DNA from: Lama glama
Taxonomy: Eukaryota
Length of the DNA stretch: 64,000 nucleotides
Direction of reading: 5' to 3'
NCBI GenBank assembly: GCA_028534125.1
Contig: CM052816.1
Coordinates: 29,824,001 to 29,888,000, forward strand
Below are positions 26,121 through 40,249 of the stretch, piece after piece; the first letter of the stretch is position 1; the number at the start of each line of letters is the position of its first letter. The notes under the pieces are model-generated. The model was not told the DNA's origin. It saw only the letters and a program-made list of their open reading frames with translations, and made no database searches. The position numbers and the translations under genes were made by a program.

Positions 26121-27239
26121 GTCAGTGCAGCTTAGCCTTCTACCTTTCTGAGCCTTGATGAATACTAGCCAGGACGCTGGATGTGCTGTAACCAGTCTTT
26201 CTACCATCTACATCTGGCTGTACCAGTCAGCTGTCTTCTGTTCTCCACGGGTGACACTAAAAAAACCCCTTGAGGATTTGTTTTACCACATAGAAACCTT
26301 AAAAGTGCTTCCACGACGGATGGCTTAGGAAGGTCATTAGCATTCTAATAGCTGTAAATAAATTGTTTTGAAATGATGGCTGTGGGCTGGATCTCTTATG
26401 GCTAAGTGATAAGTGAATTGTCTGAATTTTGAAATACAACGAGTTTTGTTGATTATAAGAAGAGACGTTTTGGATGATAAGAATGACTCCACTGTGCTAG
26501 GTTTGCTGTTTGAAGTCTGCATAGACTGAAGTATTTGACTGGAATGCATCTGAGTGAGGTGTAAGAAGCGACTAATCCTCTCCATGCCTGTCACTGAGGG
26601 ACCTCACAGGGCTACATTGCTCAGCTTGAAGCGGGGACGTTACCTGGAGTGGATGTGAAGATCCAGTTCCTGATGCCTATCTTTGAAGAATTTCTTGTAG
26701 CCATCCACTCCTCATGCAGGTGGAGGCTGGGCTGTGTCTTTTGGGGCCCAGAGCCCAGTGACTACTCTGACCCTCTGCTGCTGCAGAGAAGACATGAGGA
26801 ACAGTTATGTTAGTAGCCTGCTTTTCCCATTGTTTTTCCCCACGTCCCTGGGCTAAGTTGGGATCTAAGAGGTGTCCATAAAGCTTGTATGCGCGCAGCC
26901 ACACTACTGGCTACTGTGCATTCCTTTGTAGTGACTAAAGCCTTCTTGTTTTGGACAGTAATTAGCTAGAAAATGACCTGAGCAGCTCCTGGTTAAGCCA
27001 TCAGGAAACCTCTCACTACAGATTTAAATGGTAGCCATCTGACATACTCTCCTGCCCTCTCTAGAGATAGAATGGATTCGAATCATCGGAAAAGCTGTGC
27101 TTGCCCTAAGTTTTGTCTCTGCTGGTTCAGTAAAACCAGGGCTGAACCCTATACTTTTTGTACTATTACGTGGCATGTTTCCTTGTGGGCTGCTTTTCCC
27201 CTGACAGTATCCTACATCTCAGTGTGCCCAGGGTTAATC

Positions 27240-28490
27240 TCAGGGCTTCTCTTGTAGCTTCCCTTCTATGTGCTCCAGGGTGATTTTGTTTTAAAAACAC
27301 CCATATCTTTCACTATCACTTAAAAGCTATTAGCTCCTAAAGAAAACAACTTCAGACCTTTTCTTTCCCCTGAGCTGGAGTCCTCTACTACCAACTGTTC
27401 ATGGACACCATCCCCGTAAATGTTTCTTTGGCTTCTCAAAAACAGCCAGCTTTAAACTAAGTTCATTACCTTCCTCAGTATCTCACCTGCTCCTCTTCCT
27501 GCATTTCTTACTTTTGTGCAGTGTGTACCAAACTTCCTTATGCATAAATTCTGATTCATTAAGTCTAGAAAGGGGTGAGAAATCGACACTGTTTGCAAAC
27601 ACCTCTAGTGGTTCTGATGTTTGTGGTCCCCATATGTACTGATAAAAGTAGCTTAGTGAATGTGCCTCTTTCCACTTCATCACATGAACTAGAAATCTTG
27701 GAATCATCCTAGACCCATCCCTTCTGCTCAACTCATGTTCAGAGGGCTACCGTGTCCTATTAATTCCATTTCTTCAGTGTGCTTAAATTAGTCCCTTTCT
27801 CTGTTCCCACTGCTGCTCCCTTTATTCTACGCTATCTCATCCCCGTTAAGTCTTTTTTCTCCTCGGCTTACTCTTGTGCCCTTTAAAGCACTTTCTACCA
27901 TGCCACTAGAATGATCTTTTCAAAATGCAAATATCATATTGAGACTTCCCTTCTCAAAAGTTTTCAATGGCTCTGTCTTCTAGGGATAAAGGTAAACTTT
28001 TTAGCATGGCATATTAATTCTTTCATCATCAGGCCCTTGCGTATATATCCAGCTTCACTTTTCTGTCAGTTCCTTATTTAAATCCATATTTCAAATACAC
28101 TAAGCCATTTGTAAGCCTGAACATTTTTTAGTTTCTGTATCCTCCACACTATTATGCAAGATAATCTTTTTGTTTTGAATACCGTTTCTTTTCTTTGGCT
28201 GGCCAAAGAATTTCCTCTGTCATGCAGGGAACCAAGTCACACTTTTCCAATTTGGGGGAGATTTTCATGACTTTTGCTAACTGACTTGAATATTTCTCTA
28301 GTTAATTTCTTTTAGAACCCTGTGTCTTTAGACATCAGAGCATTGATCACAGAGTATGATAGTTACTGGATTACTTCTTTAAAACTAGAATGTGAGTTTC
28401 TCGAGAGCCTCAATTATAGCTTCAATTTCTGTATGTCCCAAACCCGTCACGGTGCCTGGTATGCAAAAGATTCTTGAGAATGAATGAATG
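27240..28490 (+). mobile_element. L2 LINE 3' portion, decayed
   Basis: ctagaatgatctttcaaaatgcaaat..., ttcaatggctc, agcatggc, tagaatgtgagtttctcgag, ending in the L2 tail gaatgaatgaatg. Confidence 0.78.
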
Positions 28491-31344
28491 GCCAAATATT
28501 TTTAAACAACCTGGTAAGACTTTAGCCACATTAAAATTCAGAATGAGGGGAAATATCCTTTTGTCATGGCCCTTACAATATAGATGACTCTCTCGCCTTA
28601 GCTATGAAGGGTTTCTGTCAGTTTCATTTTGGTTCCTCCCAGGATGGGGAGGTATATGTGATGATCAGCTAATAAGTTAGCCTTCCCAAAGTTCTTTCAC
28701 CAGGTCCAAGTTTTTAGAGTATGGAAAGGAAGGTGGTGTTCCACTGCTAAAAATCAAAATCCAAGCAAAGTCTCCAAGATGATTTTAAGATGTGGATTTC
28801 AAGTTTAATTTGTATCAAATCAAATGGAAATTTCAGGGAGGCTGCTTTCAGTTTAATGGAATCAGTTGGATTTTCCAAAGCAAGAAGGTGGGTTCCAAGT
28901 ACTGAAATAACTTCTTGTCACTGGAACTCACACAGAAGCCAGGCTATTGTAAAAGCGATTCCTCCTTTTGGGTGAGAGTCTGGGCTCGATGGGAACTTGC
29001 TAATATAAACATTGTTTTATCCAAGCGTTGTGAGGAGCTCCTTGGCTGTGCTGTTTCTTCTTAAGTATAGTCATTCAGTCAATATTTCACAGCATTTATT
29101 GAGCAGCTGTAAAGACTCTGGAATTGTGTAAAAGGCTTAGTGCGCAGAGATGAACAGGTCACTCTCCTTGTCATAGAAGAGACTAACCAGCATCTAAACA
29201 AACAGCCCAGCCTTAGAAATTCCTTGTTGGCACTTTCTCAAAATCCTCCTCTACATCCAACGAATAAGAACAGAGTTGGAAGTCAGGATGAAAGAAACTT
29301 CTGTTTTCCGATGTGAGAGAAAATTTACCTTAAGGAAGGGTAACATCTGCAGTGTTTTAAGTGAGAATGTGTCAGTGCTCTGGAGAGATCTCATTCTTCT
29401 TTTTGTTTTTGTTTTTGTTTTTAAAGAGCATTTCAGAGGGTAGGTAAGTTTGTTTGACGTGATAACAGTGACCCTAGAAAAAGTCATGTTCACAGAGCCG
29501 GAAAACCAGTGTGGCTTCTGTCCAACCAAGGCCTTTGGATGGAGGGCAGCGCAGAAGGAACCGCCTTGTGCAGAACTAGACTGGGAAGGGCTGGGCAGTG
29601 GGCTCGGTGTCCTTCTGAGAGCAGCCCCAGCAGAACTATGTGATCAAGCGAAGTGCCAAGCAGGATCTGCTAGGGGTATCTTTAGTTAATCGAGCACTGC
29701 ATCATCGGTAATTGAATCCTATTTTAGGTTTTAAAAGTACGCTGTTCCTTTAGTTTAAAAATGATTTTTCAAGAGAAGTTAGTTTAGCCTACTCTATAAA
29801 GAATGTGAAATGGTTAGTTTAAATAAAAGGGAAGAAAGTAGAACAATTGTTTATGTTTCTTCGCCTCATATCAAACTTGTTTATTTATGATTTTCCCCCC
29901 AAGAGAGCAATAATTCTGTTGTTTTCTCCATAAAACACATTTATGTCACCGATGAGCTGGCTGCGGATTCTTTCTCTAAATAGAGTGTTCCTTGAACATG
30001 ACATTACCTATTCAAACATCTGGTGTTTTCAGGATATTTCTGGAGGCAGGGTTGTTCTGTTTCTTCCTACGCTGAGGAGCAGGACACATGTAAGAGTTTC
30101 CAGCATTGCTCTCTCCTGGGGGAAGCTGTCTTCGGAGCCCCTGTGGGTGATCAGAGGGTGAAGCGCAAAGAACCAGGCCCAGAGGAATGGCTTGTGCCGC
30201 TGGCCCTCACCACGGAACCGGGGGAGCCTCCATCAGGGAGTGGAACTTTGAAAACTCAGGGAAGGCCTCAGAGAGATTATTTGGAACAGGGAAACTTATA
30301 TTTTCTCAAAATTGATGACAATTTTAACTCTGGTTTTTGTCAATACCAGAGGCCAGGAGCTGGGCTCAGTAGGATCCTGGGTAACTTTATTAAGGTCAGT
30401 CACTCAGGACTTCCTGGTGAACTGAAAGGGTAGTGTAACATCACTCATTCTTGCAGGGACTCCTCAACCAGCTGGTGCTAACAATCAGGGACCTCTGATT
30501 GTCCCCGCTCTGTCCAGTGCCAGCGGCCAACTGACCTCCCTCTGCTCACATGTCCCTGCAGCACGGAAAGACGCTGGGAGCTGAATTCAGCTTCCAGATG
30601 GAATATTTGTAAAATCCAGTCCACTCAGTTTTACCATGTGCAGCAAGTTGGATTATAATATACTGCTGAAATCAATCTCCATAGGAAGAAAATGTGGTAT
30701 TATGAATTTATGTCAGCCCTTGTCCTATAGATTATAGTATTGTCATATATCAACTTGTCATGAATTACTCAGTGAATCAGCAATAGAACTTAGAGTGATG
30801 AGCCCAAGATTTTTCTTGTTGCTCTTTATTATGATAAACCATAAAGGGGTTTTGAGGGTATGATGATGGCAGAATAGTCTGGTTGTCCGTGCCCATCTTT
30901 TTAACATAAAATAAAAGTTTGGAGGAACAGTGTGAAATCTTTAGAGTGGGTCTCTACATAATATGATGAGCCCAGCAGAACAGGTTAAAGAGGGGGTTTC
31001 CTTTGTAGAGAACACTTACCATTGTACTAATGAATTTCAGTCTGATTCGAGGCTAGAGTCTTAAGGATCCTATTCCAAAAGAAGAAATTATCACCTTTAT
31101 GGTGGATTCTTGAATTTTTGGTGTTCATGAGCTTTCGTGGGGAAATTAGGGATCAAGGTTTTATTCAGGCTAGGATTCTGATTGTCAACCAAAAAATCAC
31201 TTACGTTCTGTGGCTCCATTCTCTTATCTTTAAAGGAGAGAAGGTTGAATTGGATGCTTTATTAGATCTTTTTCTTGATCCAGAGCTTGCCTTAGTCTTA
31301 GGAAAGTCTTTTACTCACTTTTAATGCTGATTCACTTTCCTATT

Positions 31345-31735
31345 GTTCATTCATTCAATAGATATTTATAGATGATGTGCTCAAGTTTCATGTGCTGTGC
31401 TAGCCTAAGGGATACACCTATATTGGTGAATAGCAGAGTCTTGCTTCTAAGGAGTCCAACATATAACATGTATGTGGAGAGTAGGGTTGATAACTGATAT
31501 AGATGAACCAATAACAAGTCTACAATGTGATATAAGATCATGGAGTATAGGGCGCCTTGGGAATGCAAAGAAGGGATCCTTCACTTAGTCTTTGGAGGTG
31601 GAAACAGATAAAGGCAGCTTCCAGGAGGAAATGACTTTTAAATTCAGCCCTGAAAGAGTTCTGCTGAGCAAGATGATGAAGGGTGAGAGCTGCAGGTTGG
31701 GTCATATTCAGAGGAAAGGGTTTGCACAAGGATTG
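31345..31735 (-). mobile_element. L2 3' end
   Basis: ttcattcattcaatagatatttat...aaggcagcttccaggaggaaatgac. Confidence 0.75.
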
Positions 31736-34700
31736 AGAGAGTGAAAGAGAAAAAGAGAGAGAGGGAGACAGAGTGAAAAATGTTCTGTGAGACTGGAGGG
31801 AACTCAGCCTGAAAGCTCCAGCATAGAGAGGAAGGGGCGATGGGAGGAGCCTGCTGGAAGGCGCGGTGAGGGCAGGGCAGGAAGTACACTAACTCTGAGC
31901 CGGGGAGTTGGATATAATTCTGAAGACTGGCAGAGAAGTGGGAGCTTTGGAAGCAGGGGAGTGAGGCTATCAGCACTTGCCTTTAGGAGGCTCTTTGGCT
32001 TATGTGTGTAGAAGGTGGTGTCGGGTTGGGGAAGGCAGCTTGGCTGGGGAAGCCTGGACTGGTGGGGGAAACCAGTCAAGATGCTTCCATTTCTTGACAG
32101 GGCCACCAGCTGTGTCATTGGAGGAGATTTCCAGGCTGGTGGACGCGGATCCTGAGGCTGCTGCGCTAGGAGTGAGTGATGAGAGGGCACCAGCTGCTGC
32201 TCTGTAAACCTGGGCCCCCTCTGGGAGCGCGCAGCAGGCCGAGAGGAGCTGTCACTGCCTCTCCTAACTTAGGCACTAACTGAGGCATGTCTCCTGTCCA
32301 GACTGGGGCTGGCATTTGCAGCCTCACCAGGAGTGGACAGAAAGAGCCAGCTCCCTTGCAGGCTGAGAGGAAGGAGCTGAGGCTCCACGGGGCATCATCA
32401 GTCAGGATTTGCTCATTGCCTGGCTGAGTTGTCCGAACAAGGCCATATGCCCCACAGTTTCTGTCCATGCCCTTGAATGACCTTGTCACCCGCAGCTTTT
32501 ACTTTGTGGACTCATACGATACTTGGACTTGCCGAAGAATGTGCAAACTCCCCCTCTGCTGGAAGCAGACCTTTTGATTATGTTTGTAAAGGGCTGCAGG
32601 GCCCTGGACGAGGACATCCAGGCAGACATCACAGACATCCAGGCAGACTGCAGGGCTACAGAAGAAAGCAGGTCTCCTGTGTCTCAAGGACCTTCTGAGA
32701 CCAGGTAGACAGAAGTGCACATATATGAGAACATAAATATCTAGCAGTTGGACCACATCCCACTCACACTAGGAGAGCAGATTCCTGCAAAATGGGCTGG
32801 GGTTGGGGGACAAGGGTTGCCAGTCTCTCTACTCATAAAGATCAGTGCTTGTGCCTCTCCTTTGCTGTGCTTTACTTCTGGGCCTCAGGTGCAGTCACTG
32901 GGTGTCAGTCCTTGCTGAGCCAGTTTGGGCCCATGGAAGGCCTGTGCTTCCTGAAGGGGTGCTATGAATGTGTTATCTTGGGTTGCATTTTATCTGTCCC
33001 CATTACATATGACTGTGTGTTTAACTCCCTCAGTAGGCTGTAATTCCTTGAGAAAAGTAATGCATTTATCCATCCTGGTTTTCCTAGAAGCACTAAGCAG
33101 TGAGCCTTGAACCCAGGATGTACCCAATAAATGCTTCTTTGAATAAAACAGACTATGTGCTACGCGCTTGACTTTTGAGAGTTTAATAGGGAAGGGAGGT
33201 CCTGTAGTCAGGACATGCTGCCGTAAGTCACGTGCTTTCCATGATTGGATTCCAAACTTCGGTAGTTTCAAGATAGGTGACGTTCCACACACAAAACAAT
33301 TTCTGGGGGGCTCACAATCCACAGCCATGGGCAGATCTATGGAAAATGTAGTTTCACATATTCACAATGGCCTTGTAGACCATTCATTGATCATCAGTCA
33401 TCATCTCGCAACACATTCCCCATGTGAGGCCCCATGCTCAGTGCTTTACACCCGACATCTCTGAATTCTCACCTCAACCTGTAGAAGTAGTGTTGCCGTT
33501 TTTAAGATGTGGGCGTATAGGCCCACAGAGATTAGGTCCTTGGTTCAAGCTTCTGTCTAGTTAGAGCTGGGACTGGGACCCAGAGCTCCCTGACCCCAAA
33601 GCTCTTCTCCTTTCATGGCACAACTTGCCGGTTGTGTTGGTGGGACTGGGTCCTGGGCAGGTGGACCAGCATCCCTGGAAGCTGCACTGACCCTGCAGGA
33701 CCAAGGATAGGCATGTGTGTGCAGGGATTTGTTTCCTGGAAGGATGCCCCAGCAAGTGGAGGACTAGCACAAACTTCAGACTCCCTCCTTCTAGCCCAGG
33801 GGTAATGACAAATGGTTGCCATAACTTCCAGGTATGTCCAGGTGTGACCTTGAACAAAAGGAAGAGAGATGTGGTTCTGGCACAGGGGCCATTTCTGGGC
33901 AGGACAATAGAAAGCAGAAGTGTGTACGTGTTGGGGCAGGGAGCTGCTGCCTGCAGATCTCTGCGCCCTCTGGCTGACAGCTGTAGGGGCATAAACAGCA
34001 ACCTTAGAGCTTGGTGAGTTTGTCTGGACTCTGTGTAAGGTGACCTTAGCAGGTGGCACTTAATGCCTACCACATAGTCACACTTGTGCTACGAACTCAT
34101 TTAAGAGGGGGCAAACTCATCTGGGGGAGCAGAAAGGCTGTTTCCCTGCATGGTTGCCCCAGATCGAGGAGTTGAAGGGGAAAAGCAGCAGGCGTAGAAG
34201 ACAGGGAGTCTAGAAACAGCAAGGGATAAAGCAGCCAAAGGGTCACTAATTACTAACATTGTTGAAATTATCTGTGTTTCAGTTCTGAGTCTTTACAACG
34301 GGTGGAATCATTCCTTCCTCCTGGGGACTTGAGTACATGGAAAAGTCAATATTCTCAAATGCACTTGAGGTTTGGCAGAGCTGTATGAACTCATCGTGTT
34401 ATTACTATAATGTTGTAATTTTTGCTCTGCCAACAACCCTGATATACTCTTGTGAACACGGTCAAGAAGTTGAGACACAGTTTTCCAAAATCCTTGAGTT
34501 TTTGTTGGGAAAGTAAAAGATGCTCTTTAGCATCACATTCATAGTTCTAGAGAAAGTTCCCTTTCCTCTGCCGCAAAGTCCCCTCTGGACTGTGTTTTGG
34601 AAGATGAGGGTAGAATTAAAGAATTTAGCATGTAGCTTTAATTTATCTGTCTTCCTTATTTTTTCTTGGTGGGAGGCAGAGGGCATTTTTGTTTAGAAAG

Positions 34701-35764
34701 GGTCTGGTAAACAAACCCCCCAATCTAATTAAAGGCATTTTCCTGGTGATATTAGAAATAGTTTCTTAGAAATCTTTTCTGTTGGCAGAAGAAATGATTG
34801 GATTGTTTTTGGAGGGGGAGAGGTACCAATAGCCCTGAATTGTCTGTTTTTACCTGCATAGTGAGCATATCCTGCAGGTTTAATTCATCCAGTGAGGCTG
34901 TGAGTGGTTACTTTTAGGTATGGCTCTTACATGATCAAGTCCACCATGACAGAGAGAGAACAAAAAAAGATAAATTGTGGTCATGCAGCAGAACAAATGA
35001 TTATAGCCCTACCTGGCTTCACTACTATTCCCCCTGCAAAACAAGTGCTGTGAGAATTGATCTGTTTACAGAGAGACAACGTCAGACTATAATGACCCAT
35101 TCCTGGCTCACCACATACTCTAGCCTCATTAAATCCATTTCAGTCTTCTGTCTCCTTTGTTGAAAAGGCTCTCAATAGCACTACTGACTGAAACAACTCA
35201 AATTAGTAACTTGGCTTTCAAGAACCTGTATTGTTTGGTTGCTATCTGCACAACTCATTTAACTGAGTTAAGTTAAAGAAAATTGCAGAAGAGTTAACCT
35301 TACCAAACAAATAAATGTGAAACAAGCTTTTTGATTGAATATTGGCTGCATTTTCCAAATGGTATCTTTTATCTTGAAGTCCCTTTCAGACTGAATAAAG
35401 TGCATAATTCTGAATGGCAGTAGTTACTGCAGCTGGAGCTTATTTGGATCAGATCTTATGGGTGAGAGTTATCTGTGGCCTGGGTTTGAAATCTTCAACT
35501 TGTCCTTCTTTTCTGTAGAGTCCAGTCATCATCAGACCTCAGATACAGGTTTTAGGAGGAGAAAAACCATGCTCCTGGGATGTGAAGTATCTTGAAATAA
35601 GGCTTTGCTCAAAAATCACCGTGGGGTGTTTCTTAACCATTCTCTTGCAGTCATTAAAATGATTCTTAGTTAAGAAGTGGATACATAGGAATGGTATGAA
35701 TATGAGCTTCTGGCTTTATGCTGCACCAAGTTTGGTGAGAGCCTGGGGCGAAGAATGCATCTTT

Positions 35765-36215
35765 GACATCATCAAAATAAAACATTTTTGTGCTTCAAAG
35801 GATACCATCAAGAAAGTGAAAGGACAACCCACAGAACAGGAGAAGAGTTTCACAAATCATATGTCTGGTAAGGTATTTGTATCTAGAATAAAGAATTACT
35901 ATACCTCAATAATAAAAAGATAACCCAATTAAACAATGGGCAATGGATCTGAATAGACATTTCCCTAAAGAAGCTATACAGTAGCCAACGAGCATATGAA
36001 GATGTTGAACATCATAACCCTCAATGAAATGCAAATCAAAGGTACAATGAGATATTATTACTTAATACTCACGAGGATGGCTATATTCAAAAAGATGTAA
36101 TGACAAGTGTTAGTGAGGATGTGGGGAAACCAGAACCTTCTTATACTGCTGATGGAAATGGAAAATGATACAACTGCTTTGGAAAACAGCCTGGCAGTTC
36201 TTCAAATGATTTAAA
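35765..36215 (+). mobile_element. L1M (L1MB/MC-like) ORF2 C-terminal fragment
   Basis: ORF 35696-35923 contains IKIKHFCASKDTIKKVKGQPTEQEK. DNA includes gaaatgcaaatcaaa and ttggaaaacagcctggcagttcttca. Confidence 0.88.
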
Positions 36216-39200
36216 AGAGAGATTTAAAAAAATCAATTGGAAATCTTGAAGGGAGAAAAATACAAAGGTTTTATGTGACCCCCACAAAGTTCAAACTCCT
36301 GATTTGACCAAGCAGAGCTAAATCCCAGAACTGGGAGAGATGACATGGAGGAATTATCTTTCAATGCTTTCTGCTTTTGTAACCAAGGAACACATTTTGT
36401 AGGAAATGTAATAGTTAAGTTATCCCAGCAATGGCCAAAGCAGGTAGTGCACAGACTTGGAACAAAAAAAAAAAAAAAAGAGAGAGAGAGAGAGAGACAC
36501 ATTTCTAAGGTGCAAGAAGCCTTTGAATCTGATGTTTTTGTTCCACTTGATTCAAGGGCTGGTGGTGACTTTCTGCGGGCCTGTTTGTCTGTCGTTGGGT
36601 GATAAAGAATCAAAGCTCTGCCCACGGCTACTCTCCTTAAAACTATACCTGCTGAAGGTCTTTATGTGTCAGCTGCCTCTGTAGTGTGCCTGGGACAGAA
36701 ATTGTTAAAAAGGAAATATGACAGAGTCTACAGGCAGAGGCAACACTGGAAATTGTCCAGCATCCTGCGGGGCGTGCACAAAAGAGGTGTTTAAAGCAAG
36801 GCTTCATTTTGAAAGAAAATCCTTAAGGAGACATGCTTTAAAATTCTTTAAAAAGTCTTTGTTTGGCACATGAAAGTGAAACTGCCAGAGGGACGACGAA
36901 GAAGTTAGACGCAGTTGAAGCCTAGGCTTCAGGGCAGTTAACCTATTTTCTCTTCTTCCTCATTGTCTTCCTCATTGGATCTGCTCTCCTGTTTCCATTC
37001 ACGACCTTAGTGATTGATGGAGAAAAAGGAACCTCAGAAGAAAATGGCATAAAGTCCCTTCCAATGGATTGGATTTAAATAGCACCCAGGTGTCTGGAAA
37101 AACAAGAACCAAAAAACAGAACAAAACACGGTAGCACAATCAATCAGAAATCTGCTCTAGTGTAGAAGCACTATTTATGCCATGGCTTAATCAAAGCATT
37201 TAGGATTACAGGAAAATTTGCCCTCTCTCTCAGGCTCTTTTTTGGTACAAGTGTGTGTTTGAAAAAGCTTAGTTTAGAAATATAATATAAAATAAGAAGT
37301 CCTGGAGGAGACTGACACAGAAGTCAGAGCCAGAGCTCAGAGCTCTTTGCCATATGCTTTCCTAATATGGCTTATCTATGCCGTGTGTTGTTGGCATATT
37401 GTTTTATTAATTGGTGCTGGCTTTTCTGCATGCTAATCAGTGGACACATGCAGATATTGATGTTAATTAGTGTTCTATTAAAAAAAAAAACCTCTTCTTG
37501 TGTGAGGTACTCTTCAGAATGTGCATTTATAGTTAAGTTGGCCCCCACTTCGGCTGACCTCTTATGACGTTAACAGACAGTTCATTTTAGTGAAATACCT
37601 TTTACACTGTAGATATTTCTACAAAGGAATTAACACTAGGACTGTAGAAAAGCCAAGTGGCCTATAAATATTTTCCATGCATGTTGAAATCGTTGTCCAC
37701 AGGTTGTGCTTTTAGTCTTCGGGAACATACAGCAGGGATGACATCACTGTGTCTCATTTCAGTGAGAACGTAGAGAAACTGGTGGACACTTGTACTCCAA
37801 GATCACGCTGTCATATCTACCTTAGACCTGCTGATGGAGCACGATCTAGAGAACTCGGATTCCAGACATTGGCACTTAGATCTTTGCAAAGTTCCTTAAT
37901 CTCTTTTGAACCCTGATTTCCCTTTTTCAAGTAAGATGATTGGACCAGATGAACTGTCGCATCCTTTCTAGCTCGCCATTATTCTGTGGGTTATATGCTG
38001 CTGCCTCAGGACTTCCATTCTTAGAACAGGTTAGGTCTAATTACATAAATTAAAATGTAGGATAGGTAAAGCCTACAGGACAGGAGCATTGCACTTATCT
38101 ATTTCCCTTATTAAAAAAGGAATGTGTTTGCATACACACAGATACATAAATGCACATATACCCAACACATTAAAAGAATCATCTTTTTATATTAGTAATT
38201 GAATTGAACTTTGCAAGTAAATTTTCATTCCATTAGCCCAATTATTTATGACCCTATTATAAATTTAATCAGCCTGCAAAACCAATAGCCTACCAAAGTT
38301 AGCTCCTAGCAATCCCTTTCTCAATTAACAAGCTATTGTTTTGCATCCAATGTGTGTTCACACTGTGCTAGGAATTCTAGGGCAGTCAAAGAAATGTAAA
38401 ACTCAGTCCAATTAAGAATAAACCAGTGCTACATTCTTTGTGTGCATATTAGGGATTTAAGAAGGAGGAAAAAATAAAAAGTGGTTCTTGTTAGAGCAAG
38501 TTTCTTTGAGTTTGTGACACATGAGTTGGACCTGGAAGGTTAGGCAAGTTCCAGTAAGAGGATGGAACAAATTAACACAAGCAAATGAGTGGAGATGTTA
38601 TCAGTCATGCCATGAGCAGAGGAAAGAGAGTGGAGGGGGTTTACTCATGCAAGCAAACTACATTGCTATGGGACACTCATGGTTGCCACCATACCACACC
38701 GTGTGGGTATTCTGACTTGAGGCAGTGGTAACATGGATAAGGTATTCTGAAGAAATCACCAGGAAGTGTGTGCCAGATGAACCCTCACGGCCCAAGATTA
38801 CCTCCTTGATGGAACATCCCATATGTTCCCAGATGGAATTAAAGTGCCCAGTGTGTGCTCTTCTTCCATTCATTTTATAAATGTTGGGTTGCAATTAAGA
38901 TGGTGTTTGTTAAGGAAAACTAAAATATCTGGAACTTTCCTTGGCTTAGTCTACTTCCTTTTGAGGTCTTCAAGGGAGGTTTAACACATAGAATGGTCTT
39001 TTAAAAACATAAAGCGTATGGCATCACTCCTGTGCTTAAAATCTTCTAATGGACTTTCGTTTTCACTCTGATACATAAAAAGCTTAAATGATTCATGGCG
39101 TATACCCCACTGGTTTATTTCGTATCCACGGACATTTTTCGTCTCTTGTAAAGATTTTACACCGTCCATCTCCTGGAGGACCTCCATGGGTTATTAGTCC

Positions 39201-40249
39201 TGCCAAACAGTACGAAGGGATAGAATTAGGAATGACTGTGCATCTTCCTTCATTTTACTTGCTTATAAAAAGTTGCTGAGAACCCACTTAGTCTCTTTAG
39301 TTCAAAATCAGATAGACCTTTCTCCCACAAACTTGCTTATTCCAAGTTACTTTCCTTAGCCACCCAGAAACTTGCATGTTAAATGTCCTTTCTCTGTTGT
39401 CCTAAAGATTGCATTTTTCAGTTATAGAAAAAAAAATAATGTTTTCTGTAAGCTGCAAGAAGCTATAGGTGCTACCTGCCTCTAGGGCACATGGCCCTGT
39501 TTGTCCTAGGCATTATAATTAACTTTTAGAACTCTGTGTCCAAACAGCTCCTTTCTGACACTGGCCATCTCAGTCACAGATGTGAAGTAGATTTTACCTT
39601 ATAACTAACCACCCCAATAGACTCCTCAGTGTCCATGTGAATCGTACGTGGTATAATAAATAAAGGCAACAGGGATTCCCCTTACCCTTAGGGCGTACTA
39701 CTGTCAGAACTGCAAGATGTAATGAAGCGCTTATGGCTTGGAGTGTCTTTCCGGAAGAAACTGCTTCTCTGCTTAACAAAATAATAGTTCTAGCCTTTTT
39801 TTCACTTCATATTGCAGGTAGAAAGTCATTCACCCAGTTTGAAGCATAGAAAAGAATAGATACCGAGGTTCTTTAATAACCTTTTCTACTCTTTGTGTTA
39901 CCTTAGATACTCCTGTAACACTTAATGTGAATAGTTAATATTGCTGTAAAGTATTATATGGCATGATTTGAAGACAGACTACATGTCATTTTATTATACT
40001 CTGTCAATCTATAATATATTAGAGTGATGCTTTATCTAAAATACTTTCAGGTTTGTATAATATATCTCGACAAATTTTACTACCATATGTTCTGTAATAA
40101 ATGTGTAGTTTTGTACTTGCAGAAACTGCTGCTAACTTTTAAAGTTGTTTGTTTTTCAAGGCACTGATAATGGATATGAATGAAGTCCATGCTTTCTATT
40201 AAATAAAACACCATTCTTCAGAGTTAACACACAAAACAGAAAAAAACAA

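Noticed and set aside
30963..31045. C/D snoRNA-like ATGATGA...CTGA spacing
   Set aside because: No terminal stem and no recognisable rRNA or snRNA guide. Such boxes are common by chance.
32613..32648. 15-bp direct repeat GACATCCAGGCAGAC with 21-bp period (similar 10-bp doublets near 12732 and 41165)
   Set aside because: Simple two-copy slippage duplications, not an array or CRISPR-like structure.
33561..34073. Longest non-TE ORFs (170, 148 and 100 aa, overlapping)
   Set aside because: They overlap on both strands in GC-richer DNA with no recognisable domain, as expected by chance.
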